Numbered from the stretch's first letter, positions 44,929 through 58,463 are shown. The stretch: 64,000 nt of DNA from Octopus vulgaris (GCA_951406725.2 OX597815.1:181350001-181414000), one strand, 5' to 3'. Notes: generated by a model from the sequence alone, not told the origin. Numbers and translations are program-made.

Positions 44929-45097
44929 GAACGCAAAACATCCGGACAACTAGGTGATACAAAAAGGGACAACAAAACATCCAGATAGACGATACACAAA
45001 AATAAGGACGGGTCATCGTCTATCTGGATGTTTTGTTGTCCCTTTTTGTATCATCTAGTTGTCCGGATGTTTTGCGTTCTTATCCCATATTTATAGT

Positions 45098-45134
<37 letters not shown>

Positions 45135-45135
45135 A

Positions 45136-45497
45136 GGGAGATCGGGCGAAAACGACCTTTCCCCAGCATGCTTAAAGTGCTGACACCTTCAAAAACCACT
45201 AATAACTCCAGCTAAAATATACACGTGGTTGAATATTAAAAATTGTGAATTGGTTCCAATTTCTGGATTAAAGCAATAAAGTTGCTTTTTTCCTTCGTCA
45301 GCACACTATACGGATAGGGGGAAATATAAATCCAAACAAGAGTACACAGCGTACAAAGCAAATTCAGACGTCTTATTTAATCTTCTCTCCCTAGCTCCAT
45401 TTCAGCTACGTATTTATTTTAGCTAAGGTTTTGGTAGTTTTTGGAGGTATCGGCATTTCAAGTATGCTGCAGAGAGGTCGTTTTCGCCCTTGCTCCC
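45136..45497. mobile_element. MITE with ~65-bp imperfect TIRs (GGG...CCC ends, ATAA/TTAA flanks, Kolobok-like)
   Basis: GGGAGATCGGGCGAAAACGACCTTT..CAGCATGCTT.. versus ..AAGTATGCTG..AGAGGTCGTTTTCGCCCTTGCTCCC. Confidence 0.7.
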
Positions 45498-45620
45498 TTA
45501 ATATAATTATATACATATGTACATTATTATTAATTTAAAGTATTAATTGCCAATAAAATTTTATAGCATGCTGAGTACTTGATAAAAATCATTAACGTGA
45601 TTTTTATCTTTATATTCTTC

Positions 45621-45672
<52 letters not shown>

Positions 45673-46430
45673 TGTATGTATATGTGTCTGTGCCTGTTCC
45701 CTCCTCACCTCTTGTCAACCAGTGTTGATGTGTTGATGCACCGTTACATAAGCGGTTCGCCCAAAGCCCTGGGAGGATAAGTATTAGGCTCAAAAAATAA
45801 GTCCCGGAGTCGACTTGTTCGACTGAAACCTTTGAAGGCAGTGCTCCAGCTTGGGCGCTGTAAAGCAAGAGAATAAAAGCAGAAAAGAACACACACACAT
45901 AGACACACACACAAAACACACACCACACACACACACACACACCAAACACACCACACACATACCTCACACACCATACACACATCACACACACGCACCACAC
46001 ACAGACACACCACACATCACGCACCACACACACACATACACACACCACCCACACACACACATGTGGTATGTGTGTGTATGTACGCATGTATGTTTGTATG
46101 TGTGTGTGTACGTATGTATGTATGTATGTGTGTATGCGCGCGCGTGTGTGTATGTATGTTTGTATCTATGTATGTCTTTATGTTCGTCCCCTATCACACT
46201 TGACCACTGCTGTCGGTTTGTTTATGTCCCATAGCTTAGTTGTTTATAAAAAAGACCGATATTAGTATCACACTTTAAAAGTAAATAAAAACCAAAAAAA
46301 TAAACAAACCAATACGCGCGCGCGCACACAACGAAGGACAGGGGTTCGATTTATTCGACAAAACCCCTCCATGCTTGTGCCCCAGTATGGCCGCAGTCGG
46401 TCAATTGAAACAAGTAAAAAACACATAACA

Positions 46431-46803
46431 TAGGAGTGGCTGTGTGGTAAGTAGCTTGCTTACCATCCGCATGGTTCCAGGTTCAGTCCCTCTGCATGGC
46501 ACCTTGGGCAAGTGTCATTTACTATAGCCTTGGGCCGACCAAAGCCTTGTGAGTGGATTTGGTAGATGAAAACTGAAAGAATCCTGTCGTATATATATAT
46601 GTATATGTTTGTGCTTCTGTGTTTGTTTCCCCAACATCGCTTGACAACCGACACTGGTGTGTTTACATCCCCGTCACTTAGCGGTTCGGCAAAAGTGTCC
46701 GATAGAATAAGTAAAAGGTTTACAAAGAATAAGTCCTGGGATCGAATTCCTCGACTAAAGGCGGTGCTCCAGCATGGCCGCAAATGACTGAAACAAATAA
46801 AAA
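46431..46803 (+). mobile_element. SINE family A, near full length (degraded partial copies upstream at ~45690-45880 and ~46195-46420)
   Basis: Head, body and tail as in the other copies. Confidence 0.85.
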
Positions 46804-47799
46804 ACGCCCTGGCTTCGTCCTCATTTCTCCCTTTGAACCGATGAAACAATTGGCGAAGAACTAAAGGAAGAATACAATCACGAAAAAAAATTGGGTGACG
46901 TAAGAAGTAGATGACCAATAAATACAAAATTACTATTTAGAGTAAATACATCTCTGCAGAACGTCTTTACCATAATTAATTATCAGAATTCTCCTTTGCA
47001 CAAAAGTTCTCCAAGAAAATGTCTAACTTTTATAAGGAAAACGATAAAAACTTAAAAAGTGTCAGAAACAAGGGAAATAACTACGTCACTGTTACGCTGA
47101 AGTTATTTCCCTTTATCAACTTTGTATTTAATTTTTTATGTTTTGATTTTGACAATAAATATTGTAATGAGAATTTTATTAATGTCTGTTCGTCTTTTGA
47201 TTGGCCCCGAATTAGCAGATACTTAGCAGATACTTTAACTTGTTGTAGTTATAGAAAGGCGGTCGTGCGGGGACACCATATTAAAGGGTTTAGTCGGACA
47301 TACCGACTCGATTATTTATGCTACCAGTGTGTTTTGCCGAACCGCTTGGTTAAATGGATTGAAACACGGCAACTCGGTTGCTAAGTGATAGTATGGGACA
47401 CACAAATACACACACATTGATAGATACATATATGTACGTACGTACTGGGTTACATGTTACAAGTAGCACTCGAAAGTGACCTGACATACATACGTACATA
47501 CATATACATACATACACACATACATACATACATACGTACATACATACATACATACATACATACATACATACATACATAAAGTTAATCCAAACAAGAAAAC
47601 ACAAAAAAACACAACAACGCGAGGACGTGGAACAAATATAGTATTATTGGACGCTCAGGAAAGAAGGGAAGAAGGAGGGTTTAACGTTTCGAGCGGAGCT
47701 CTTCGTCGGAAACATAGGAGAAGGAAAGATCCAGAGAAGGGAAGACAGAGGAAAAAAAATCGCCAACGGTACACACATACATACATACATACAAACTAT

Positions 47800-48440
47800 A
47801 ATGTCAGAGGTGCAGGAGCATAGAAGGAGCCTAGTTTCAATGTGGCTAGATTACAAGAAAGCCTTTGACTCTCCCACTCATGGATGCTAGAAGCCCTTCG
47901 ACTTGCAAAAGTTCCAGTGAGCACAGTCAAAGCCATAGCTAACCTGACTTCATCGTGGGCCACTATCTTGAACTGAAGCTCAGTGAGTGACTGCAATATC
48001 ACTGATAGTATATAGTATCACAGAGGCATATTCCAAGAGGACAGCCTCTCTCAGATATTGTTCGTACTTTCTGTAAACCCCTTGTCATTCATGTTAAGGA
48101 AGTCTGAAGGATATCTCACTGGTTCACAAGGAGACAGCAATACTAAAATTACACACCGTTTCTTTGTGGATGACTTGAAACTATATGCAAAGAATATGCA
48201 AGATTACAATTTCAGGTTTATACCTGTAATTATTGGGACACTAGGATATGTAACCCACAGTCTAAATACCAGTCTTGAGGAATTAGTCTTTTCAAAACCA
48301 GAATGGAGAATGCCATTAACTGAAACTGTAAACATCTGTAGAATTTAAGCATATATGAGCATATCTAGATATGCAAATATATGCATGAGAATACATACAT
48401 AAAACAAAACATACAAATCTACACATTTACATACATACAT
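47800..48440 (+). mobile_element. R4/Dong-like RT remnant with a large internal deletion
   Basis: WLDYKKAFD, RGIFQEDSLS, FFVDDLKLYAKN fused directly to the C-terminal FIPVIIGTLG. Confidence 0.75.
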
Positions 48441-49227
48441 GCATGTATAAATAAATAAATGCATACTTACATACATACGTATATACACATGTACGCACGT
48501 AGATGCGTTCTTGCATGCATGTATACGTACATACACGGATGCATGCATACATACATACATACATACATACATACATACATACATACATACATACATACAT
48601 ACATACATACATACGTACGTACGTACGTACACATGTAAATGAGTAGTATAAGATATGGATTCAGAAAATCCTGGGGCTTTCACAGTAAGTTCCTCGACTG
48701 GACTTGGCTATCAATCCGCATTGTAATTAAGCACAAAGTAGAGTGACGTAAATTTTTCGTGTAACTGAAAATCCAGAAAATCCGACTAATAAAATAGTTC
48801 TTTGAGTGGTATATAATAAGTCAGGTGGTATGAGAGATGATAACTACGTAACGTCTATAGGATTACGACCCTTTCACAGCTTCCTACGTGTAGTATTAAT
48901 TTCAGTGTACAAGAAATTATGCGCACACGTTTGCATTAATATGTATTGTACTATACAATTGTATATTCACAAATTAATGCAAATAAAGCAAACTAGCTTA
49001 TCAGATCACCATAACATCATAGTTACATGCATGGTTCAATTCCAAATTTACAAATAACATTCACTCTTTATATATATACAATGTATGGAAGGCCGGAATT
49101 GAACAAAATTACGTTGGTTTCGTCAGTAAAAGTTGAATAACGCAATCGGTTGTCGAACGAGGTCGGGAATGTCATAAGAAGGACTTATCTCTCGAGTCTG
49201 TTCGCAGCGCCCACCTTTCTAGTTTCT

Positions 49228-49271
49228 ATGGCTGAAGAGGAGATAACCATTCCGAAACGCATGCGTCTCAT
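49228..49271 (+). ncRNA. Minimal type-I hammerhead ribozyme motif
   Basis: CTGAAGA, stem II GGA(G)/(T)TCC, GAA, palindrome ACGCATGCGT, GTC, and stem I ATGG/TCAT. Confidence 0.7.
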
Positions 49272-49428
49272 TGCCTAGTTTGGGAGTATTGTGAGCTGAC
49301 TCGGTGTAATTACACCTGTTAATCTACTGCAAGAAATTTTCTCCGTGGCAAAATGCAGTGAATGACGTTCTTATGGGTTCAAATATGCCTCAAGCACATT
49401 TGAATTGATTACAACATTGTATCTACAC

Positions 49429-49477
<49 letters not shown>

Positions 49478-49784
49478 TATATGCAATGTGTTTGGTATTT
49501 TAGAGACCAACAGGAAACTTCAAACGCAGCTTAGCTGTGAAAACTGTAGAAAGATTGGAACACTAGAGACAGGCCCTTCTTACGATATTCCCATCATCGT
49601 CCAATTACAGGTTGTGTTATTCTCGCCTGTAATGCATACATACATACATACATACATACATACATACATACATACATACATACATACACACATACATACA
49701 CACACATACATACATACATACATACATACATACATACATACATACATACATACATACATACATACATACATACATACATGCATA

Positions 49785-50058
49785 CATAAATTCATATTCA
49801 TACCAATAATAATTAGATCACTAGGTTGTGTTAGTAAATACTTTAGAGAGAATCTGGATAAACTGGGATTTTCAGAAAGAGAATTCGACCGGCTAATTCG
49901 TGCATTACGAGTGCATGCTGTGAGTGGAACAGTACAAATATGTAAGACTTTTCTCAAGTTCCAAATGTGAATTTGTCTGTGTTAACTACATCCCAAAGAT
50001 GGAGCCATGTATCTTTGTTGGAAACCGGCTCCCTCCTCAGTGGAAGGTTTATAATAAT
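49785..50058 (+). mobile_element. 3' end of an R4/Dong-like element
   Basis: FIPIIIRSLGCVSKYFRENLDKLGFS..SGTVQICKTFLKFQM* followed by a short UTR ending in ATAATAAT. Confidence 0.65.
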
Positions 50059-50109
50059 TAAAAATATATCAATTAGATTATGGTTGGAAGATAACAGTTT
50101 AATCAAAGT

Positions 50110-50470
50110 AGCCACCCCTCAGCTTCCACCACGGTCAGAAGTCGGCTCCAGAAGTGAACACATGCATTCCTCAATGTGTCTTTAAGAAAAAATTCGGCCA
50201 CCTCCTTCATCTTGGCCATCAGCTCGGCGTTGGTACTGCAGGCAGAGCAATCGGTGCCCCTTTCTCAACTGCGCCCCCACACATGGTAACCTATGGGGAT
50301 TACAGTCAGGGGAATTAGGTGGTCAGAAATTGGAGCTGATGAAGTCGTAGAAATTCTCCGACACCCACTTCTGTCTCTTTCCGGAGGTATTGCTGCCACA
50401 CGTTTGACCGTCCAGCTACTGCAGCTCTCTCTAGCCATGGTTTGACCACACTCTGCAGCAGCTTCACAAC
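50110..50470 (-). pseudogene. Tc1/mariner (maT-like) transposase C-terminal remnant
   Basis: F*PPNSPDCNP..Y.VWGAVEK motif on the minus strand. Confidence 0.65.
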
Positions 50471-50794
50471 GCGGTCGGAGGATCGCGGTTTCGATTCCCA
50501 GACCGGACGTTGTATGTGTTTATTGAGCGAAAACATCTAAAGCTCCACGAGGCTCCGGCAGGGGGTGGTGGCGACCCCTGTTGTACTCTTTCGTTCCAAC
50601 TTTCTCTCACTCTTTCTTCCTGTTTCTTGTCTCCGACTTCCTACGCAACCGCTGAGCCTGGATGCGCATTCATCCATCCGTCGATGCTCTCGGTGTCGGG
50701 GGTTGACCTGTTTTCTCTTCTGCGGGTCTTACGAATAGCATAGAACCACGTTTCGGACTTCTCCCACGAAGACCGCTTCGCTCAACAAACAAAT
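50471..50794 (+). mobile_element. 5'-truncated SINE family G with 12-bp TSD CAGCTTCACAAC
   Basis: Homologous to 34317-34710, with the TSD on both sides. Confidence 0.85.
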
Positions 50795-51259
50795 CAGCTT
50801 CACAACCTCATCTGTTCAAATATGTGGGTATAGACTCTTGCATTCAGAACGCCTGATGTGTTCCTTCCTGCTGGCTGCGGTTTCAATGTCTCAATTGCAG
50901 CTCTCCATCTCACATCTTCCTGCCTTTATAATGTTAACAGCATTGACCTGCAGTCATGATGTCAGTAGTTTGATACCGTGTGTGAACCATAATGATACAG
51001 GTAACTCTTTCCCAATATTCAGATGGTTTCCAGTCCTCAATGTCAGTTAACTATTTCTTTTACAACCTTAATCTGTAGGCTCATGTTCACCAATGCCGTT
51101 GACTGTTCACCGATACAACAAATTGTTCCTGTAAAAAGGAAATATAAAAAAGTCGTCAAATTTACCCTGAACTCCCTATATATATCATCTCGTAATGCCA
51201 TTTGACGACAATATAATTGAATAATGCACCCAGCATATTTTCATTCATGGCGTACATCA

Positions 51260-51455
51260 AAGTGGAAACAGGTCCCATAAAATTCAAAATTTCTCTGGAC
51301 AAATCTCTCCCAAAAATCCTGGACCAACGTTCTACACCCGGATAATAACTCTTTGCTAGAATGGGCCATGGTGCGACATATATGACTAAAAGGCTTTACC
51401 AGGTGGCGCTATTAGGTTAGACATGGCCTGGGCCTGTACTGACCGAAACCTATCA
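51260..51455 (+). mobile_element. CR1-group LINE 3'-end fragment (different subfamily)
   Basis: KFKISLDKSLPKILDQ and a tail CATGGCCTGGGCC..GACCGAAAC. Confidence 0.5.
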
Positions 51456-51922
51456 AATTATGGTTGCGGTTTATATAGAACCTGGTGTAAAGTCAATGGT
51501 TTTGTATTAGTTATAATTTATTGTAATTTGTAGTTTATGTTTTTGGTGCTTCCTATGAAAAGGGAGATATTACATCAAGTGCTATTCTAAGTATTTTCGT
51601 TTAGTGACCCAAAATTTAAGTCTTCTATGTGTATCCTAAGCATTTGTGTAGCTTCATGAAAGAGAACTGATACGACATCTGCTGTGACTGTCTGTATAGT
51701 TTGAGAAAGTGGGTACAGGTTACTAAGTGTGGGTGAGAGAAATGACTTTTGAAGAAGATACACTCGTAGAATTATAAACTTTGGAAGTGCTTTCTTGTCG
51801 CTAGTATTTGTGTCGTTATTAAGGTGTATTAAGAGTATTTTTTGCATAGCGGGGAGTAGTTTTGAAAATTTTACTGTCTGAGGTAGTTAGAATGGTATTC
51901 GCGTGTGTATTTCTGCGTGTGC

Positions 51923-52019
<97 letters not shown>

Positions 52020-52861
52020 TGTGTGTGTGTACGTGTGTACGTGTGTGTGTGTGTGAATGTAAGGGGGACTGAAACCGGCATGTAGCCTCTACATTAGTGA
52101 ATAGTGTGGTGGTTGTGTGTAGTGGTCTAAATTCCTGTTGTTATGTATGCATTGTGTACGGGAGTTGTTGCTTAATCCACTGGATCACTAGCCATCTTTC
52201 ATGAGTCAATAAGGATGTTTAAAGAGAGACCACTGATACAGAAAATATCATGACATTAAGATTTGTTATATCTTATGTACTTTCTGTATAAAAATGATGT
52301 CTATTTTAATCTTTCTAGTTCTTGGTGGAAGATCAATAAACGTGTTCAGAGAAAATTGACATGAAAATAATAGCCTGCATAAGTGTTCTTATCAATTTTC
52401 TTATTCATTCTATCATGCTGACAACGACAGCTCTCTCCTCCTTAGGTGTTATTTTTGACTAATCAATATATATAATCAATCACAATATTGATGTTATTCT
52501 GAAAACTAATTCCCCGACTCTCTCATCACCATCATCAGGGTTTCATACTTTAGTTCAAACGAAATCTTCATCAGCAAGAATCTACTTGCAGATCTGCACT
52601 GCGAGTTTGATGTTAGAGAAAGTAAAATATATTCTGTAGGTCATTTAGTTCAGTTTTTTTTTTTTTTATATCCTCTTCAGGTAAAAGCTCTTCTATTCAC
52701 TGGAAATAGGATTGTCTGATTATCACTGTCTATTTCAGTTATTAGATCTGTAAGTTCTCGCCTTTGTCGCTGATGTTGTTTAACCTCAGGTAATTGTAGA
52801 CCTGTAATGAAGGACGCACTAAGCGGGGATCATCGAAAATTTTTGAATATTTATATTTACA

Positions 52862-53385
52862 TAGGAGCAGGTATGGCTTTGTGCTTATGGAACTCGCTTC
52901 CCAACCACATGGCTTCGGGTTCAGTCCCACTACGTGACACCTTGAGTGTCTTCTACTGTAGTTCTGGATCGATCAAAGCCTTGCGAGTGCCCGTCGTATG
53001 TGTGTGCGTGTGTGTGCGTACACACGTGTGTGTGTGCATGTGTGTGCGCGTGCGTATGTGCGTGTGTGCATGTGTGAGTGTGCGTATGTATGTCTGTGCG
53101 TGCGTGTGTGCGTCTATGTGTGTATGTGTGTGTAAGTGTGTGCATGCGCACGAGCGTGTGTATGTGTGTGTGTGTGTGTGTGTGTGCTTGTCCCTCTCAA
53201 TCCCTTGACAACCGGTATTGGTTTATTTCATCACCGTAACTAAGAGGTTCGACAAAAGAAACTGATAGAGTAAGTGCCAGGCAATAAAGAAAGTAGTGGG
53301 GTCGATCTGTTCGATTACAACATCAGAGCGGTGCTGAAGCATGGCCGCAGTCCAATGACTGATTTAAGCGAAAGGTAAAGGAAAG
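52862..53385 (+). mobile_element. Degraded SINE family A (others at ~55010-55640 and ~58900-59310, minus strand)
   Basis: Recognisable head GGTTCAGTCCC and tail GCATGGCCGCAGTCCAATGACTG. Confidence 0.75.
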
Positions 53386-53534
53386 ATTTATCAAATCTGT
53401 GCGTTTTCATAGACGTGTGATCTTGGCACTGTTTGACTGCTATTTCTAGCATGTCTTGAAGTGAAATGATAGTATCTGAGAAGTGCAAATGACTCGTGAA
53501 CTGGACACAGCAGCAGTCTTATATTATGCTGCCC

Positions 53535-53940
53535 TTGAGGCGGTCTGCTGGCAGAATCATCAGGACGCCAGGCTGCTTAGCGGCATTTAATTAATCCTTA
53601 CGTTCTGAGTTCAATATGCACCGAAGTCATCTTTGCCTTTCATCCTTTGGTGATCGATAAAGTAAGTACTAGCTGAGCGCTAGGGTCAATGTAATGTACG
53701 TTATGTCCTTCCCCAAAATTGCTGGCCTTGTGCTAAAATTTGAAATCAGTATTATGCTGCCCATGAGGCGGCCATCTAGTAGAATCGTTAGCATGCCAGT
53801 GAAAATTTTTCATGACCGGGGAAGAATTTGCTTTCATCCTTTCAGGGTCGATGAATAAGTACCAGTTGGCACTGGATCACTTTTATTGATTTAGCTCCTC
53901 TCCCCAAACTGAGGGTTCGTGTCAAAATTCGAAACCAATT
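53535..53940 (+). mobile_element. Two old tandem SINE C/D-type copies
   Basis: Degenerate head, GCCTTTCATCCTTT body and CCCCAAAA tail occur twice. Confidence 0.6.
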
Positions 53941-53985
53941 TTATGCTGTCCTCTATGATATTAGATTTATCCCAATCCCAAAATA

Positions 53986-54964
53986 CAGGGTGGAGCAGAG
54001 AGGGCGAATGTTTTTGAAATGGCTGTTACTCAGCCTCGGTGGAGGGACATATGTCCGGCAGGTATCATTCGGTCAGTGGTGTTTAAAAGGCGGCGAGCTG
54101 GCAGAAACGTTAGCACGCCGGGTGAAATGCGTAGCAGTATTTCGTCTGTCGTTACGTTCTGAGTTCAAATTCCGCCGAGGTCGACTTTGCCTTTCATCCT
54201 TTCGGGGTCGATAAATAAAGTACCAGTTTCCAACTGGGGTCGATGTAATCGACTTAATCCCTATGTCTGTCCTTGTTTGTCCTCTCTGTGTTTAGCCCCT
54301 TGTGGGTAGTAAAGAAATACGTATTTCGTCTGCCGTTACGTTCTGAGTTCAAATTCCGCCGAGGTCGACTTTGCCTTTCATCCTTTCGGGGTCGATAAAT
54401 TAAGTACCAGTTACGCACTGGGGTCGATGTAATCGACTTAATCCGTTTTTCTGTCCTTGATTGTCCCCTCTGTGTTTAGCCCCTTGTGGGTAGTAAAGAA
54501 ATAAGTGGTGTCTTAGCATTTTGTTTTCTTTTCAGGTGAAGCCGTGGCGCTGTGGACGATAGAGCATCACGTGTTCGCCTACAACAGTTACGGGAATAAT
54601 AACGAGTCTGTCACAGCAGTTCAGCGTGAGTTTCGGCGCCATTTCAACATTTACGCGAAATCAGGCTGTTCCCACCCGTAACACAATCTTACGTTGAGTG
54701 AATGCTCTTTGCACACGAGGTACACTAATGAATAGGAAACCGGGAGGTGGAAGGGTAGCGTGAATGGAGGCCAAATTCCAAGAATGTCTTCACAAATGCA
54801 TCAATGAAAATGGACACCACATGATGGATGTTATTTTCCACGCTTGATTTTGACAAATGGCAATTCAATACGAACACATTGATTTCAATAAAATTTGTTT
54901 GTAGCTAAAATTAATGATTTTTTATGAATTTTTCAAAAACATCTGTCCCCTCTGTCTCATCCTG
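53986..54964 (+). mobile_element. Internally deleted Tc1/mariner transposon with TIRs and TA TSD, carrying a nested SINE dimer
   Basis: TA|CAGGGTGGAGCAGAGAGGG..ATGTTTTTGAAA pairs with TTTCAAAAACATCTGTCCCCTCTGTCTCATCCTG|TA. N-terminal HTH ESVTAVQREFRRHFN..VPTRNTILR*V at ~54545-54740. Confidence 0.8.
54089..54503 (+). mobile_element. Dimeric SINE family C (tail C twice)
   Basis: Flanked by AGTGGTGTTTA and AGTGGTGTCTTA, with the internal junction at ~54320. Confidence 0.9.
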
Positions 54965-56174
54965 TACGTGCGAATGATTGCTGTACAACCCAAGGTTTCG
55001 TGTTTTTTAACTTTTACCCTTTTACTTCTCCCAGTCATTGTAATGCGGCCATGCTGAGGCACCACTTGAAAGGGTTCAACTGATTAAATCGAAACTCCTC
55101 AACTATGATACTTATATCATCGGCGTTTTTGCCTAATCCTCAACCATTTTTTTAAACACTTGAACCACTTTGATTCCTGGTTTGCTCGGGTAGACCCTCA
55201 GAACTATTCAATGTTAAAGAAATCTTTTTATATTTTTATAATTAAGTATCATTGGGAGTTGGAGAAAAACATTTTTTTTGAAATATTTGTGAATTACAAA
55301 AGTATAACCAGTTTATTGCACATAAATTTTAGCAGCAAAATCTTATGAGGGACCCTCAAGTGTAAAGAACCGCTGGCCTGATTGATTGGTTATGGGGTCG
55401 TAAACAAAGCTACACCGGTTGTCAAGCAGTGTTATGGGGCAAATACAAAGACACACACACACACATACACACTCACATGATGAGCTTCCACAGAGTTTTT
55501 GTCTCCCAAATTCACTTACAAGGCATTGGTCGGTTCAGGTTTATAAAAGAAAAGAAAATAGTTACACAAGGAGCTACACTCAGGGACCGGAACCGAAACG
55601 GCTTGTTTGAGAAACGTACTTATTAATCCCACAACAATATCTGTATGTTATAATTTGAAAACAAAAAGCGTTTGATTTTTTTTTTCTATTTATATACTTG
55701 TAATTGTATTATTATTATTGAGTGAGAGAGCTGTGCATGCAATCAAAGTGACACTGGGGTAAAATATACGAAGCCCAGTATACCCATCAGGGCTACCCGT
55801 CTGATAAGGGTACACTAGGCACATGCATCACAGCCATATGTGCGCGACATGGTGATCTCATATCAAGATAAACAGCACAATGCCTTGCAGGTGGGGCCCA
55901 GTTAGAATCTTCTTCTGGTCGAGTAACCCATCCTGCTCAAAAGGTCCCTGAATAAGGGTTGTTTAAGGATATTGAAAGAACCACCCATATTTCCAAAGGT
56001 AAATTATCCAAACCTCCAAGAATTCCTTTCAACACATGGCTATGATGCTCCCCCACTACTTCTGCTTATGATCAGAGATGCAATATCGTCAGACACTAAG
56101 GGACATACTCAACTGGTTAAGGTCAAACAACTGACAAGCAAATCTGTGGTATTTATCATCATCATCATCATCAT

Positions 56175-56510
56175 CATTGCCTTTGCACAGCTTCTATCGC
56201 TGGAGATGTACTACAGTATCAGCTGTTCACTACCAGTGAACTAAGGTAACACCTCTTAATTTTCGAACGCCTTCTGGAGTATTCGAGCAGTTCCAAGCAG
56301 TGCTGTTTTCCGCAAGTGTTCCACCCTTATTGCAGCCCCTATTTGTTCCACGTACTTCTCGAGATTTTTGCTCACTGTTCCCAGGGCTCCAACAATTATT
56401 GGTACTACTGCTACCTTTTTCATCGACCACAACTGCTTAACTTCCCAAGCTAACCTGTCATATCTCTCGACTTTTCTTTCTTCCTTATCGCATACCTTGT
56501 TGTCAGCTGT
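56175..56510 (-). mobile_element. R4/Dong-like restriction-like endonuclease C-terminus and 3' UTR between (ATC)n and (ATT)n
   Basis: EERKVERYDRLAWEVKQLWSMKKVAVVPIIVGALGTVSKNL..TALLGTARIL. Confidence 0.75.
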
Positions 56511-56512
56511 TA

Positions 56513-56576
<64 letters not shown>

Positions 56577-56589
56577 TTCGTTTCATAAA

Positions 56590-56993
56590 GCAGCCAGCTG
56601 GCAGAATCGTTAGAACGCTGGGCGAAATGCTTATTTCGTCTGTCTTTACGTTCTGAGTTCAAATTCCGCCGAAGTCGACTTTGCCTTTCATCCTTTCGGA
56701 GTCGATAAATTAAGTACCAGTTGCGTACTGACGTCGATCTAACCGACTGGGCCCCTCCCCAAAAATTTTGGGCCTTGTGCCTAGAGTATAAAAGAATCGT
56801 TAACACGCCAGACAAAATTCTTAGCGGCATTTCGTCCGTTTTTACATTCTGAGTTCAAATCCGCCGCGGTCGACTTTACCTTTCATCCTTTCGGAGTCGA
56901 TGAAACAAGTACCCGTTCTGTACTGGGGTCGTTGTAATCGACTAGCCCCCTCCCCCCAAACTTCAAGTCTTGTGCCTATAATGGAAAGGATTA
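56590..56993 (+). mobile_element. SINE C/D-type dimer with tail D twice
   Basis: Body followed by CCCCTCCCCAAAA..GCCTTGTGCCTA occurs twice. Confidence 0.8.
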
Positions 56994-57571
56994 TCTTTTT
57001 CACTGTATCTTTATTTCATCGCTTCAAATTTTGGTGAGATCTGGGTGCAAACTTTATTGTTATTTTCATTAAGATGTGTTAAAGATTTTTATCGTTTCTC
57101 TAATTACATAAAACACAGAATCTTTAGTTTTAAAGCATTAAGACTTAGTAAAAGGAAATAAATATTTGTCACCTTCTAAGGAAGGCAGGATACTTTTTCT
57201 TCGTAATAAAACGCATAACCGACCATTAAACTGAAATTGTGACGGAAGGGAAATTAAAAACATTTCATTATCAACCATACATATAATAGCTACGTCGGAG
57301 TTAACATATTTAATGTTGTGAACATCGACAATCTAAGGAGATTTCAGTTGGAGGATAGACGTTCTCTATCTGGCCATTGGGCGTTTTACTGGAGTCGAGT
57401 CCTTCCGAAAATTGGCGCCAAGTCTCCAGTTTGAGGATAAGCTCTTCATTTACCCCAACCACATGCATGTGTCACTGACAGCCGCCAGGGGGTGCTGTTT
57501 TCTTTCTCTGGCTAAACAATTAACAAAAGTATAAGGCAATATTTACCCCCCCACTTTACAACACAAAATAC

Positions 57572-57663
57572 TTGAGAAAACTTCTCCTATGGACTTGTAA
57601 TGCATATAAGCACTCGTGTATTTATCGCTATGCATTACAAGTCCATAGGAGAAGTTTTCTCAA
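57572..57663. repeat. Perfect 35-bp inverted repeat with a 22-nt spacer
   Basis: TTGAGAAAACTTCTCCTATGGACTTGTAATGCATA and TATGCATTACAAGTCCATAGGAGAAGTTTTCTCAA. Confidence 0.95.
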
Positions 57664-58047
57664 TAATCATCCACATTAGCCGCCGTGACTTGCAGATCAC
57701 GTGATTTCCACCTTCTTTGACCTTGTCACTGGCAGACACTCAAGCAAGAGATAGCAGCGATTCCTTCCTCAGCGATACACTCAGGAACTGGTGCCACAAA
57801 TAGCCAGTGAGCTTATTTATAAATAACTAATTGCGACGGAAGTAATATCAATACCAAAAAGTAATAATTAACCCCACTGGATGTTGTGTTAGAACACAGA
57901 AAACTGCATTATCTACCACGAGAGAATCTCTCATATGGACTTAATTATTCTTAATAAGCCCAAGGTGGAAATCATATGATCTGGCAGTGTCGGGAGCGAT
58001 AGTGGAGGATTATCTACGGCTAGCGATATAAACGTAAGTGGTTATAA

Positions 58048-58463
58048 GGCGGCGAGCTGGCAGAAACGTTAGCACGCCGGGCGAAATATTTAGCGGTATT
58101 TCGTCTGCCGCTACGTTCTGAGTTCAAATTCCACCGAGGTCAACTTTGCCCTTCATCCTTTCGGGGTCGATGAAATAAGTACCAGTTACGCACTGGGGTC
58201 GAAATAATCGACTTAATCCGTTTGTCTGTCCTTGTTTGTCCTCTCTGTGTTTAGCCCATTGTGGGTAGTAAAGAAATAGGTATTTCGTCTGCCGCTACGT
58301 TCTGAGTTCAAATTCCGCCGAGGTCAACTTTGCCTTTCATCCTTTCGGGGTCGATGAAATAAGTACCAGTTACGCACTGGGATCGATATAATCGATTTTA
58401 ATCCGTTTGTCTGTCCTTGTTTGTCCTCTCTGTGTTTGGCCCCTTGTGGGTAGTAAAGAAATA
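58048..58463 (+). mobile_element. Dimeric SINE family C (tail C twice) with 22-bp TSD
   Basis: GATATAAAC(G/A)TAAGTGGTTATA at 58025 and 58464, with the internal junction at ~58279. Confidence 0.9.

Noticed and set aside
51540-52210. Possible decayed Penelope GIY-YIG remnant on the minus strand
   Set aside because: The motifs are too degraded to support a call.
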